Shown piece after piece: positions 10,234 through 22,341 of a stretch of DNA of 45,227 nt. The stretch is from Octopus sinensis (taxonomy: Eukaryota): NCBI RefSeq assembly GCF_006345805.1, contig NW_021834587.1, positions 1 through 45,227 on the forward strand, read 5' to 3'. Both the position numbers and the translations under genes were made by a program. Below the pieces are notes generated by a model that was not told the DNA's origin, did not search any database, and saw nothing but the letters and a program-made list of their open reading frames with translations. Position 1 is the first letter of the stretch, and the number at the start of each line of letters is the position of its first letter.

Positions 10234-10314
10234 ACGAGGAGAAAATGAAAAAGAGAGAGAGTGAATGTAGAAATAGAGACCACTTGTATACTTTTGTGTC
10301 TAGAGATCGAAGTA

Positions 10315-10368
<54 letters not shown>

Positions 10369-10802
10369 AGGGATGCATATGTGTGTAAGAAACATGGCGT
10401 CAGCGCTGTGGTAAAAAAAAAAAAAACCCAATGAAATGGAAGCGAACAAAAGCTACAAAAGTATAAATGAAGGAGGAATAATTAGCTAATTAGCTAATGG
10501 TTAGTTAATAAATAAGAGTAAACAAATAAATAGACCCGCTGAGACATGTTTAACGGCAGAAATGATGAAACAGGTAGTTTGGTCTCGGATTGGGTTGCAA
10601 TTCGATGAGGTAGGCGTGGAGTGGATAGGCACGGCAAATGCGAACTTTTTGTTGAAAACAATAACGTCCTGGTTATTGTCGTTGTTGTTGTTGATGCTGC
10701 TGTTGTTGACATCTTTATTGTTGTATTAATTGTTTGTTGTTGTATTTATTGTTTGTAACTGTTTTGTTTTTTAATTAGTGTTGTTGTTGTTAATGTATTT
10801 AA

Positions 10803-10835
<33 letters not shown>

Positions 10836-11205
10836 AGAAAGTTGAGGGTGAAGAGGGAAGTGTTGCCTTGTAGCAAGTTTGTTGAAAGGTGGGTGAAAGT
10901 TGGAAGAATGGCCAGTGTGAAAGGGCCAATTCTGAGCGTGCAACTGTAAAACAAAGGAGAAGGGCTCTCGCCCTGTTGTTCAGGCACCCGTGGCTTTTGT
11001 GGGTTTTTCCACGAGGACCTTAAAGCGCCTCCCCTATTGGGAGTTTTTGATTCGTTCAATTTTTATTGTTATTACATTGTGAACACGCGAAAACCCATTG
11101 TATCGTCCTGTTTTTGTCTTTATGTTATTGTATGTCTCTTAGTGTAATTTTATGTGAGTCCTTGTGGCCAATACAAGAATAAATTATTATTCTTATTATT
11201 ATTAT

Positions 11206-11336
11206 CATTCAGTAGTTTTATTTTTATAACGTGCTTTCACTTCACTACCGAGCGCAGCTCTGTGTGCCTTGGGTATGTGCTGTGATTTGTTGTGATGCTC
11301 TGATGGTTATTGTATTGAAAGTGTTCTGCGTGGGAT
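11206..11336 (-). mobile_element. Extreme 5'-truncated 3' end of an R4/Dong-like element in (TAA)n
   Basis: Minus frame ends IPRRTLSIQ*, similar to VLRRALSM* of the large element; followed by ~100 nt of 3'UTR; (TTA)n on both sides. Confidence 0.5.
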
Positions 11337-11361
11337 TATTATTATTATTATTATTATTATT

Positions 11362-11862
11362 GAGTGAGAGAGCAGTGCATGCCATCAAAGTGACACTGGG
11401 GTAAAATATTCGAAGCCCAATATACCCATCATGACTACCCGTCTGATAAAGGTACACCAGGCACATGCATCACAACCATATGTGCGCGACATGGTGATCT
11501 CATATCAAGATAAACAGCACATGACCTTGCAGGTGGGGCCCAGTTAGAATTTTCTTCAAGTTGAGTAGCCCATCCCGCTCAAACGGTCCCTGAATAAGGG
11601 TTGTTTAAGGATGTTGAAAGAACCACCCATGTTTCCAGAGGTGAACTATTCAAACCCCAAAGAATCCCTCTCAACACATGGCTATGATGCTCCCCCACTA
11701 CTTCTGCTCGTGATCAGAGATGCACATATCGTCAGCCACTAAGGGACATGCTCAATTGGTTAAGGTCAAACAACTGACAAGCAAATCTGTGGTATTGAGC
11801 AGAATATTTGCTGTAGCCCATCTTTTATACCAAGACAAAACAATGTACATGATAACACACTT
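11362..11862. mobile_element. Unclassified ~500-bp insertion bounded by (TTA)n
   Basis: Complex sequence with sharp boundaries to pure TTA repeats on both sides; no recognisable ORF. Confidence 0.45.
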
Positions 11863-11885
11863 TATTATTATTATTATTATTATTA

Positions 11886-11938
<53 letters not shown>

Positions 11939-11939
11939 T

Positions 11940-11971
<32 letters not shown>

Positions 11972-11981
11972 CGTCGTTATG

Positions 11982-12142
11982 ACGGCAAGCTGACAGAATC
12001 GTTAGTAAGTACACCGGACAAAATGTTTCGTTCAAACTTCTGGGGTCGATAAAATAAGTACCATTTGAACACTGGGGTTGATTTAATCGACTCATTCCCC
12101 CCCTCTCAGAAAAACTGCTGCCCTTGTGGAAAAATTTGAAAC

Positions 12143-12143
<1 letters not shown>
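11982..12143 (+). mobile_element. Degraded SINE A-related copy ending in an (ATT)n tail
   Basis: ggcaagctgacagaatcgttag head; ggggtcgataaaataagtacc; tail aaaatttgaaactattatt. Confidence 0.7.
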
Positions 12144-12176
<33 letters not shown>

Positions 12177-12220
12177 GTTAATATTATTATTATTATTATT
12201 ATTATTATTGTTGTTGTTAA

Positions 12221-12291
<71 letters not shown>

Positions 12292-12493
12292 TATCATTAT
12301 TATTATTATTATTACTTTTTTTTCTTCTTTCAAATTTTCTTCCATTTCTTGCCGAGTGTCTTCCCGACTCCTAGGGCAAAGAAACTCATAGTGTATATTG
12401 GTAGGCCATTAAACCAAACTCAGTAGTTCGTTCATTTTTCTTTTTTTTTTATTTTTTTTAAGTTAAATTAAAATACATGAGCAGCAACAGTTC

Positions 12494-13820
12494 TCACATC
12501 GACAATGCTCTTCTCAATACGTGTGATGTACCAGTTAAGACAATCTTTTGCACTTCTTGCAGGGATGGTAAGCCAGGGATCATTCTCATATAATTTTCGG
12601 TTCCCTTCTTGATCATTCCTAGTGCTCTTACGATCACTGGTATTGTAACTGCCTTGAGATGCCACATTTTCTCAATTTCAATGAGTAGGTCTTTATATTT
12701 TCTGAGCTTGTCAAACTCTTTCGCTGAGATATTATGATCACAGGGGATGCTCATGTCGATCAATAAGCAAACTTTATTGTTTTGGTCTTTCACAACAATA
12801 TCTGGTTTATTGGCCTTGATGGTTCGGTCTGTATGTACTGGAAAGTCCCACAGAATGGTTACATTTTCTCCTTCAGTTACAGCCTCTGGGTGGTGATTAT
12901 ACCACTTGTCGGCAGTTTTGATATTGTAATGCCGACTTATTAGCCAGTGGAGATATTGGCCAACTCTGTCATGTCTTAATTTATACTCCACTGGTGCTAA
13001 GACTTTACATCCAGAGATTAGGTGGTCCACTGTTTCAATCATGTCGTTGCAGAATCGGCATTTTGGGTCTGCTCCATTTTTCATCACATTGGCCTGGTAG
13101 TTCCGGGTTAATAGGCTTTGATCTTGAGCAGCCAGGATGAAACCTTCGCTCTCTGCTTTTAGCCCTGAGCTCCGTAGCCACTGATGGGTTTGTTTCTGGT
13201 CAACATCAGCTTGTTTGCTGCGGGTCACATATTTGCCGTGCAGAGGTTTCTCCTCCCACCTATCAGCCAATTGCTCGTGCGCTTTTTTCATTGCCATCAT
13301 TTTCACCTTCTTTGCAACAATAGTTGCCGTACTTCCCTCGGGTTGTTCAGTTTGGGTATCCTGCACGAGATCAATAGCAAATTTTTTGCTTTCCTTGATG
13401 ATAGAATGAAGCTTCTTTCGTCTCTCGTGATTTTCCACGAGCTTTAGCATCCAGTCATTCGATATTTCGAGATATTTGGCCAGTCCAATTGTGGTTGTTT
13501 TGTAAGCTAGTTCAAATTGGATCAGGCCTCGACCTCCTTGGGCTCTGGGAAGGTAAGGCGATCTACGTCTGCCTTTGGGTGGTGCATCCTATTACAACTC
13601 AGCAGCTTGCGTATTTTTCTATCTATATTCTTTACTTCACTCATATTCCAGTTCAACACATTGTAGCTATAAGTAACAACTGGAACTGCTAAGGAATTTA
13701 TAGCTAACACCTTGTTACGTGCATTTAGTTCAGATTTCAGGACTGCACGAACTCTCCTATAACATTCCTTCCTGATTTTCTCTTTCATGCTTGCATGCTG
13801 AATACCAGAGCCTTCATTTA
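12494..13820 (-). pseudogene. Thumb, zinc-knuckle and REL endonuclease part of the Dong ORF (second -1 frameshift at ~13555)
   Basis: ORFs 13522-13788 and 12494-13450; restoring one T gives RLYLPRAQGGRGLIQFELAY. Confidence 0.9.
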
Positions 13821-13823
13821 TCC

Positions 13824-15179
13824 CTAATATTTGTATGTTTGTTCTTGCTCAAGCTCTCTTATGACTGTGTCAACATCTAACACGACTGAATTTGTGGTCT
13901 TCACTTTCCCTTTCTGGAAAGTGGCCTTGGCACACTTCTCAAGTCCAAACTCCATCCCGATGTCATCGCTGAATGCTTTCACGGTGCGCAATACGCCTTC
14001 AAGTTCATTATTGTCTTTACCATAAAGTTTTAAGTCATCCATATAAAATAGATGGCTTATTTTTTTATTGGCAATTTTATACCCATACCCTGTTCTGTTT
14101 AATTCACTTGTAAGGGGTATTAGGGCTATGCAGAATATTAAAGGTGAAAGTGAGTCACCTTGAAAAATTCCACAGTTGATGTTTATATTTTCTGAGGCAA
14201 GTACTCCATTAGAGTGGTATAATTGGAGATTCGTATTCCACAACGACATATTGTGCTTCAGGAAGTTTGAAATCACAGGGGAAATTTTGAAGATGTCCAG
14301 CGATCTCAAGATCCATGGATGCGGTATACTGTCGAAGGCCTTTTTATAGTCAATCCATGCGGTGCTGAGATTTCTGCGCTTGTTGTGACAGTTCTCAAGG
14401 ATCATACGATTGATTAGCAGTTGATCTTTGCATCCGTAAGAGCCTCGGCAGCACCCTTTTTGTTCAATGGGGAAAATATCGTTCTTCTCCATGAATGCAT
14501 ATGTTTTCTCCGCCAGGATAGATGTTAGGATTTTATATGTGGTGGATAGACAGGTTATAGGCCGATAGTTTTTTGGAAGGTTGGTTTCGTTATTCTTTGG
14601 GAGTAGGTAAGTAATGCCACTTGCTAACCATTCAGGTGTTTTCTTTGGGTCTCTCATAATTCCATTGAGCAGCTGAACTAGCTTACCGTGTGCGCACGGG
14701 AGCGATGCGAGCCAGAAATTCGGCACCCTATCTTTACCGGGGGATTTCAAATTATGGGCCTTCGTGAGTACCTTTCTTAGGTCTGCTATTGTGATGTCTT
14801 CCCATGCTTGTTGTTGTAAATTTTGGTAGGATCCTTCAGTTTGTATAATCCAGTCTGCATTTATGTTGTACGTCTTCTTGTCACTCCAAATCCTTTTCCA
14901 AAAGTTTTGAACTTCTTCCATGGGAGGGGGGTCTTTAATGGTTACTTTCTCCTTCCCTATTTCTCTGTAGAATTTTTTGGCATTGGATGTGAACAGCTTA
15001 TTTTGCTTGTAAAACTTGTTTCTCTTCTCAAATCTTCGTATTCTTTGGGCTTTTGCTTGGACTTTTTGTTTCAGCGTTTCTTTTATTGATATCAGTTCTT
15101 CTCTTGGTGAGGATCCAAATTTTCTCTTCATCTTTCTTCCTGTTCTGGATCTTACATCATTTCCACATATTAGTTCATT
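13824..15179 (-). pseudogene. Reverse transcriptase part of the Dong ORF (interrupted by a -1 frameshift at ~13826)
   Basis: ORF 13824-15209; the N-terminal I-run is the flanking microsatellite. Confidence 0.9.
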
Positions 15180-15255
15180 TAATATTATTATTATTATTAT
15201 TATTATCATTATAATTATTATTGTTAATATTATTTTTAGTATTATTATACTCGTT

Positions 15256-15478
15256 AAAGCGGCGTGTTGGCAGAATCATTTCATTAGCGCATCAGACAAA
15301 ATGCTTTGCAGAATTTCGACCGTCTTTACGTTCTGAGTTCTAATTCCGACTTTGCCTTTCATCCTTTCGGGGCGGATAAAAAAAAGTACCAGTCAAGTAC
15401 TGGGGTTGATATAAACGAGTAGTCCCCCTCCCCTCAAAAACTACAGATTCTGTGCCAAAATTTGTACCGATTATTATT
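15256..15478 (+). mobile_element. SINE A-related degraded copy with ATT tail
   Basis: Family A head and core; tail ccaaaatttgtaccgattattatt. Confidence 0.7.
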
Positions 15479-15529
15479 GGTAGTGGTGGTTATTATTGCT
15501 GTTGTCGATGTTATTCTTTATATTCTTTA

Positions 15530-15735
15530 CTACCCACAAGGGGTTAAACATACAGAGGGGACAAACAAGGACAGACAAAGGGATTAAGTCGATTACATCG
15601 ACCCCAGTGCGTAACTTGTACTTTAATCGACCCCGAAAGGATGAAAGGCTAAGTCGATCTCGGCAGAATTTGAACTCAGAATATAAGACGAAATATTGCT
15701 AAGCATTTCGCCCGGCGTCCTAACGTGTCTGCCAG
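15530..15735 (-). mobile_element. SINE family A
   Basis: Reverse complement of the family A sequence. Confidence 0.8.
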
Positions 15736-16154
15736 TTGTTGACGTTGTTGTTAGTGCGGCTGCTATGACCAATGCTATTGTCGTCGTCGTCGTCGTCGTC
15801 GTGATTGTTGTTATTTTTGTTGTTGCCGCTGCTCTTGTTCTTATTATTCAAGTTACAACACGAATACTTCCTTTTAAAACCAATAAATTGCTATGATACA
15901 GGAGCACAATAGCAATTTCACATTTCCTTCCAATATTTCCGCCTTTGGTCGCCATTTTTATATAAACATGGCCTTTTGTATCAAACATTCCTCTAAGAAA
16001 ACCTTTTACGAGAACGCCGACATCTTTTAACACTGCACACCGCAACAACACTATCGCCTCTACTGTACTCTCCTGCTCCGTACTCTATTGTTCATTATAC
16101 TGCACACCACTACGTTGTTCTATATTACACTATACTGTACTCTTCTACAACACT

Positions 16155-16210
16155 CTGTTCTACTGTACTCTGTTCTCCTGTACTCTGTTCTACTGTACTC
16201 TGCTCTACTA
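16155..16210. repeat. 15-bp minisatellite (tactgtactctgttc)n
   Basis: About 3-4 units visible, with degenerate units upstream from ~16060. Confidence 0.7.
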
Positions 16211-16639
16211 TATTATATTGCTAGCTGGACCCGTGAAAAATTAACGGAAAACATAAAAAATGTAAGCATCTGTAAACAATGTACTGGTGCCATGAGAAAT
16301 GTTTGTATATTATGACCGTCTGTCTTTACGTTCTGAGTTCAAATTCTGCCGAGGTCGACTTTGCCTTTCGCCCTTTGGTGCTTGATAAATTAAGTACTAG
16401 TTGTGTACTGGGGTCTATCTAATCAACTGCCCCCCACTCCCCACGAAAATTTCGGGCCTAGAAAAGTATATTGTGACAGTTACAGAATATAGAAAGTAAT
16501 GTTGCACCAATGACTATATAATCCAACCGAAATATCGCAGTTTCACAAACGTGAAAGGAATTATTATTTAACCTTAAAATACATCGTACATATTCAAAGA
16601 ACCTTCTTGGTTTAGTGGTACGGAAGGTTCTTCTGCTAT

Positions 16640-17180
16640 TCTTTTATTCTTTTACTTGTTTCGGTTATTTGACGGTGGCCATGCTAGAGCACCGCCCTTT
16701 AGTCGAAGAAATTGACCTCAGGACTTATTCCCATCTAAGCCTGGTGCTTATTCTATGATGTATATTTGTTTCAGTCATTTGACTGCGGCCATGCTGGAGC
16801 ACCGCCTTTAGTTGAGCAAATCGACCCCAGGACTTATTCTTTGTAAGCCTAGTACTTATTCTGTCGGTCTCTCTTGCCGAACCGCTAAGTGACGGGGACG
16901 TAAACACATTAGCATCGGTTGTCGAGCGATGTTGGGGGGACAAACACAGACACAGACACAAACACACACATACACACACACACACACACACACTCACACA
17001 CACATATTTCTATATATACGACGGGTTTTTTTCAGTTTCCAAATCCACTCACAAGGCTTTAGTTGGCCCGAGGCTATAGTAGAAGACACTTGCCCAAGGT
17101 ACTACGCAGTGCGACTGAACACGGGACCATGTGGTTGATAAGCAAGCTACTTACCACACATCCACTCCTGCGCCTATGAA
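16640..17180 (-). mobile_element. SINE family B with a duplicated 3' segment
   Basis: The tttcagtcatttgactgcggccatgctggagcaccgcc block occurs twice, then the full element in reverse. Confidence 0.85.
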
Positions 17181-17924
17181 ATTATAAATGGTTGGCTCGT
17201 TTTCAGTTCCGTTCTATCCCTAAACAAAACTTTTATGCATGTAAAGGGTACAGTCATTAGGAAACCCGAAGAAAAAAAGTCACAAAATCTGAAAGACGTC
17301 TTAAAGGATTATCCACTGTATGATTTAACAGTCTCCGGATAATCCACTTAGAAACACGGCTTGACTAGGATAATCCACTTGGCAACATGGGTTGACTAAA
17401 TTCTCCTGAAAATCCATTTGGAAGTTTGGATTGACTAAACAGTGCCCTTACGGATATTCCACTTGAAAACATGGGTTGGTTAACAGACTCCTAATTCTAC
17501 TTGAGAATTTGGCATAAATTAAAAGGATCCTGGCGATCTAGTTGAGAGAACTTGTGACGTAACAGATCAGAACAGGATGAGGAACGCTTGCAACATTGGT
17601 TGATGACTGGCATTTAAATTAGAACGGATGAACGTTGTTGTGCCATCGTGAAATGAAGCTAGTATTACCGACTTGAATAAATCATGAAATCTGGTCATGT
17701 CGCAGAAATTTGGTTCCGAGAGAGAACCAAAATAAATCTGAAGTGACTAACACGATAATTTTAAAATTTAATTAGAAATAATTAATTTCGTGTCTGTTTG
17801 TATCCTGTTTACTAATTGACGCTATAATATTGTCGACCTATTTAATTAATGTCTTGTGAAGGCGCGTGGCATAAAGGCTTGAGTGTCTGGCTCACGACTG
17901 TTAAAGCGGTGGAATCGATTGGTG

Positions 17925-18285
17925 CAAGCCTGACTGTGTGGTAAGAAGCCTACTTCCCAACCACATGGTTCCGGGTTCGATCAAACTGTGTAACACTTCG
18001 GGCAGGTGTCTTCTGCTATAGCCTCGACCCGACCAAAGCCTTGTGAGTAGATTGGTAGATGGAAACTGAAAGAAGCCCGTCGTATATAAACATTATATAT
18101 GTGCGTGCGCGGGTGCGTGTCTTTGACAATCGGTATTGGTCTACGTCCCCATAACGTAGCGGTTCGGCAAAATTGACCGATAGACAAGGCTTCAAAATAA
18201 AAAGTAGTGGGGTCAATTCATTCGTCTAATAATTCTTCAAGGCGGTGCCCCAGCATGGCCGTAGTCAAATGACTGAAACAAGTAG
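17925..18285 (+). mobile_element. SINE family B
   Basis: Family B head, CORE-like box and 3' end. Confidence 0.8.
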
Positions 18286-18589
18286 TGGTGGGAAATGATT
18301 CTTAGACTGGGCTTGTGGTGCGTTTTATCTTTGAGCAATACGCTTCTGTTCACATTGGATTTCTCTTTCAGTTGAAAATTTACATCGGCGACAACTCGGT
18401 GCGAATTTTTAGCTTTGTGACGCTCTGACATCCCACCTTTAAAGGGTAAGTCTTGTAGTCTCAGATGCTTAAGTGCCGTAGAACCTGAGATAATACTCTG
18501 TTGAATGGAAATGCCGATTCCAAATAGACCAACTGCCAAAAATCTTGTAGACCAATGATTAAGAGATTAATTTTTTTTTTTCCTTTTGG

Positions 18590-18895
18590 TATCGGTTCTT
18601 ATTGGAGTCGATCTAATCGACTGGTCCCCTCCCCCAAAATTTCAGGCCTTGTGCCTAGAGTAGAAAAGAATATTTTAAGGCGGTGAGCTGGCAGAAACGT
18701 TAGCACGCTGGGTGGAATGCTTAGCGGTATTTCGTCTGCCGTTACGTTCTGAGTTCAAATTCCGCCGAGGTCGATCTTGCCTTTCATCCTTTTGGATTCG
18801 ATAAATTAAGTACCGGTTGCGTACTGGAGTCGATCTAATCGACTGACACCCTCCCCCAAAATTTCGGGCCTTGTCCCTAGAGTAGAAAAGAATAT
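18590..18895 (+). mobile_element. SINE family A (tail-2 type), preceded by an isolated tail-2 fragment
   Basis: The gatctaatcgactg...ctcccccaaaatttc...agtagaaaagaata tail occurs twice. Confidence 0.85.
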
Positions 18896-21800
18896 TTGTT
18901 CTTGATATATCCTTACGCCTCCAGTATCATATAGTACGGTTGATATTGTCGACGATAGATAAAGAACACACTGTAACAGTGTTATAACAATACAAAACAG
19001 AAACAGCGGCAGTTACAAACACGCAACGAACCAACAATATTTTACTAACCAACAATCAATATTTCCAATACACTAACTCGAACTGTAAACTGTACCTGGA
19101 CTTCGAAGACCAAACTACAAACTGCCAACTACGTCTTTTCTCGTCAGAGGGTGTCGTACTCTCGTCACAACAGCTGTATTATAATAATTTCCAATACCGA
19201 TACTAGACCGTTCGTTTGTGAGAGGCAGAACTCACCGGTTATAAACTATAAACAATTTAATCGATCTCAGTATTTAACGAGTGTTGATTTTATTGACTCA
19301 GAAATAATGAAAGGCGAAGCTAGCTTGGTCGGGATATGAACTTTGAACGTAAACTAAATGATCCTAAATGCAAGAAGTGATTTTATCTGATGCTCTACCG
19401 ATCCCAGCATTAGAAGATCTCTAGCTACAAACAGCTTTTATCTTCTTTATTTGAGATGTTTTATAGTTTTGAAGTAGAAAAAGGAAGTAATAAACAAAAA
19501 GACAAGCTTGAATTGACTTGGTGTACGAGAATCCCTTCAAAGAAACTAAAAATATTAATCGCTTTAACTCTTTGCCCGTCCATGTCTGAATCGTCCATGT
19601 TTGTTTTAAGACTTTTAGCCCTTGTTTCGTACGTTCTTAGTAATGCAAAGTTTTGCGTTCATAAGTCCCAAGTTACTCAGGTGCTTGAAACAAAAATTGA
19701 GAATCTATATCAGATACGATGCACAAAAACCAAGGAAATATGTCCTGTGTGTATTACATATGAGACACAGGACAAGCAAAGTATTAAGCAACAAGGTAAG
19801 GTACATAACACTAATGTAATCTTAGATATACTACATCTATAAAAAACGGTATGGTCACGGTTGGAACACCTTTGATTATTGGTTCGTTTGGTCATGCTGC
19901 CCTTTGCCTGTCTAAAGTATTTTCATAAATTTGCACGGATACCAGGGGAATATGTCTTGTGTAATCATATGTGATACACAAGACAGACAAAGGGTTAAAG
20001 GAAGAGAAGTTGTGGCGTTCATGTTATTTTCACGACCACAGGTCTGTGAGACGGTTGTGGCTTGTAAACACACAATGCGTACATTTACACTGGATTCGTA
20101 AAACGGAAGAAAAGAATAAAAACACAATGCGCATGTCACATCTCACACAGCTTTGCTGTCATTTCCTTGTTCTTCAAAAGAATTTGAGATGCAAATGAAA
20201 AGCCTTTAACAAAAAATCGAAACCAAATTATCAGTTCGATTCCTTGAAAATCTTTGTCCTTCGCTTTTAAGATTCTAAATCGAATATCCACCTCCATTAT
20301 GGAACCTTAAATGGAATGTCTATTTTTATCGTGGGGTTTTATGCTACCAGTTTGGTCTTGGGGAAAGCAAAAGAAGCGAACCTGCAGCCGGGGATTCGTA
20401 TTGTTCATATTAATTTGTACTTGACCACATTGTACACCGCCAACACCATTATGGCCATTCTTAATATCACCATCTCAGAAGATTATCAATGGAGGAATAC
20501 AAAACACACGGCTGCCCCTGGTGAAGTGTAGCTGATCCAATCGGGAATCGAAACTACGCCATTTACTGAATACGTGGTCTCGAGTATTCTACTATAGAGT
20601 AGCCAATACCTCGTAGTACTGGATATTCTACAACATGCATTTGAGTATAGCATCACGTGGTATTGAATAGCGCGCCACGTGATTCTGGTTATATCACACA
20701 ATATTGAGTATGTGTCACGTGGTATTGAATATTGTATCATGTGGTATCAGGTATAATAAGTATCATTTGACATTGAGGATCATATTATACGTTTGTACTG
20801 CTGAGCATGGTGCCATGTGACATTGCATCACGTGGTACTGAGTATGGTATCATGTGGCATTGGGCAATATATTACATTATCACCCTGTGTTGAGTGTGGT
20901 GGTGAGTATTATATGACGTCATCAGACAATTTTGGTATTTTCAATCAGAATTTTCTATAATCAATTGTCCTCTTGTCTAAAATAAACTTGAGAATTTTAA
21001 TTAAAAAAATTTCGTCTGTGTTTAATTGAAAACAATATATCGATCTGCATCGGGAATAGCTGGGTCAATAACTAGGCCAAGTTGACGGTTGTAATGATTT
21101 CTTTATTAATTAAAATACTAATGACCTTCACAATGGTAAAAGGTCACACAAATAACTAGCTGGGCTGTGCCGTGGCTATGACTTGAAACTGCATCCAGCA
21201 GCGGGTCCTGGTCTGGGAGTTCTGGGGTTTGGGGGAGTATGGACCCATCCCTTAACCACAATTGCTCCCAGATCTCTGACCCGGAGAAGTAGCATTTGTC
21301 AGGGTCCTAGCTGCGTACCTATGCATATGCTGACTGGATCAGGTGGACTCCGTGGAAGAAATCTTCATGTCTCAACGGAAGGTAAAACGGCTGCATCAAC
21401 GCATTGTGGAATGCAGAGAACAAAACGAGACAAGTAAGACATCTTGGTCACACACTGTATCTGTCTCAATGCTCAGTCGGCCATTTCTATCTGTCTGGCT
21501 GTTACCATCTTCATGCCTAAACCTGTGAACCAATATTCACGACACTTTGCATACAAGTTACACTAATATCCAGTTCAATAAATAGGCAAATTGGATTTCA
21601 ATAAAAATTTATAATGTGCCTCCCAGGGATGATGGGTGAATTATATGATCAAATGAGAAGGTTGCAAAAGTATTAGTCGGTGGGGAAGTTAGTAGCAGAG
21701 CGAGGGTGACTTGTATCAGTGAAAGTGAGAACAGCGGTAGCAACGGGATATTAACGTTAATACAGCTGTCATATACACGCGACGCTGCATACATACTTTC

Positions 21801-22062
21801 GTAAATACATAGGTACAACACGCATATACATATACACACAAAAACAAACACACACCTAAACACACTCTCACTCACACACACACGCACACAGAGAAAGGTG
21901 GGTGTGAGGAATACGTAGCTTTAAGGAGAGAGGGTGTAGGTGGCTTTTCTACTGTCCATCTCAAAGAAATACTTACACACAGACACACACACACACACAT
22001 ATATATATACATATATACATATCTACTATACACCATTTTAAACTCATGATTACCTGTGTGTA

Positions 22063-22261
22063 CTCTTTTACTCTTTTACTTGTTTCAGTCATTTGACTGC
22101 GGCCATGCTGGAGCACCGCCTTTAATCTTATTCTTTTGCAAGCCCAGTACTTATTCTATCGGTCTCTTTTGCCGAACCGCTAAGTAACGGGGACATGAAC
22201 ACACCAGCATCGGTTGTCAAGCAATGCTAGGAGGACAGACACAGACACACAAACACACACA

Positions 22262-22341
<80 letters not shown>

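Larger units (their letters stand above)
12315..15181 (-). mobile_element. R4/Dong-clade non-LTR retrotransposon, 5'-truncated, inserted in a (TAA)n microsatellite
   Basis: RT motifs NYRPITCL, EQKG, AWIDYKKAFDS, GIFQGDSLSP, YMDD, FGLEKCA; CCHC knuckle CRFC...H...C; RHD; REL nuclease KPDIV...ID...K; ~180-nt 3'UTR; TAA repeats on both flanks. Confidence 0.92.

Noticed and set aside
9596-10378. Long HTYI/MYVC-repeat ORFs (135-222 aa)
   Set aside because: Artefacts of the (CATA)n microsatellite.
10494-10960. Strong minus-strand acceptor (ttgttttacAG, ~10945) and an Asn-rich frame
   Set aside because: All frames hit stops within or just after the microsatellite, and no donor is evident.
16213-16250. 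Helitron-like 3' end (CCGT..ACGG hairpin then CTAG on the minus strand)
   Set aside because: The stem is only 4 bp, the flank is not T, and there is no matching 5' TC end or Rep/helicase remnant.
20310-20580. Minus frame KWRSFDSRLDQLHF...IIF-TGA-DGDIKNG as a selenoprotein-like readthrough
   Set aside because: No recognisable family, no SECIS and no splice support; an in-frame stop between two short open stretches is expected by chance.
21343-21450. Plus-strand exon candidate VDSVEEIFMSQRK... ending in A|GTAAGA
   Set aside because: Good donor, but no pyrimidine tract at the acceptor and no recognisable protein.
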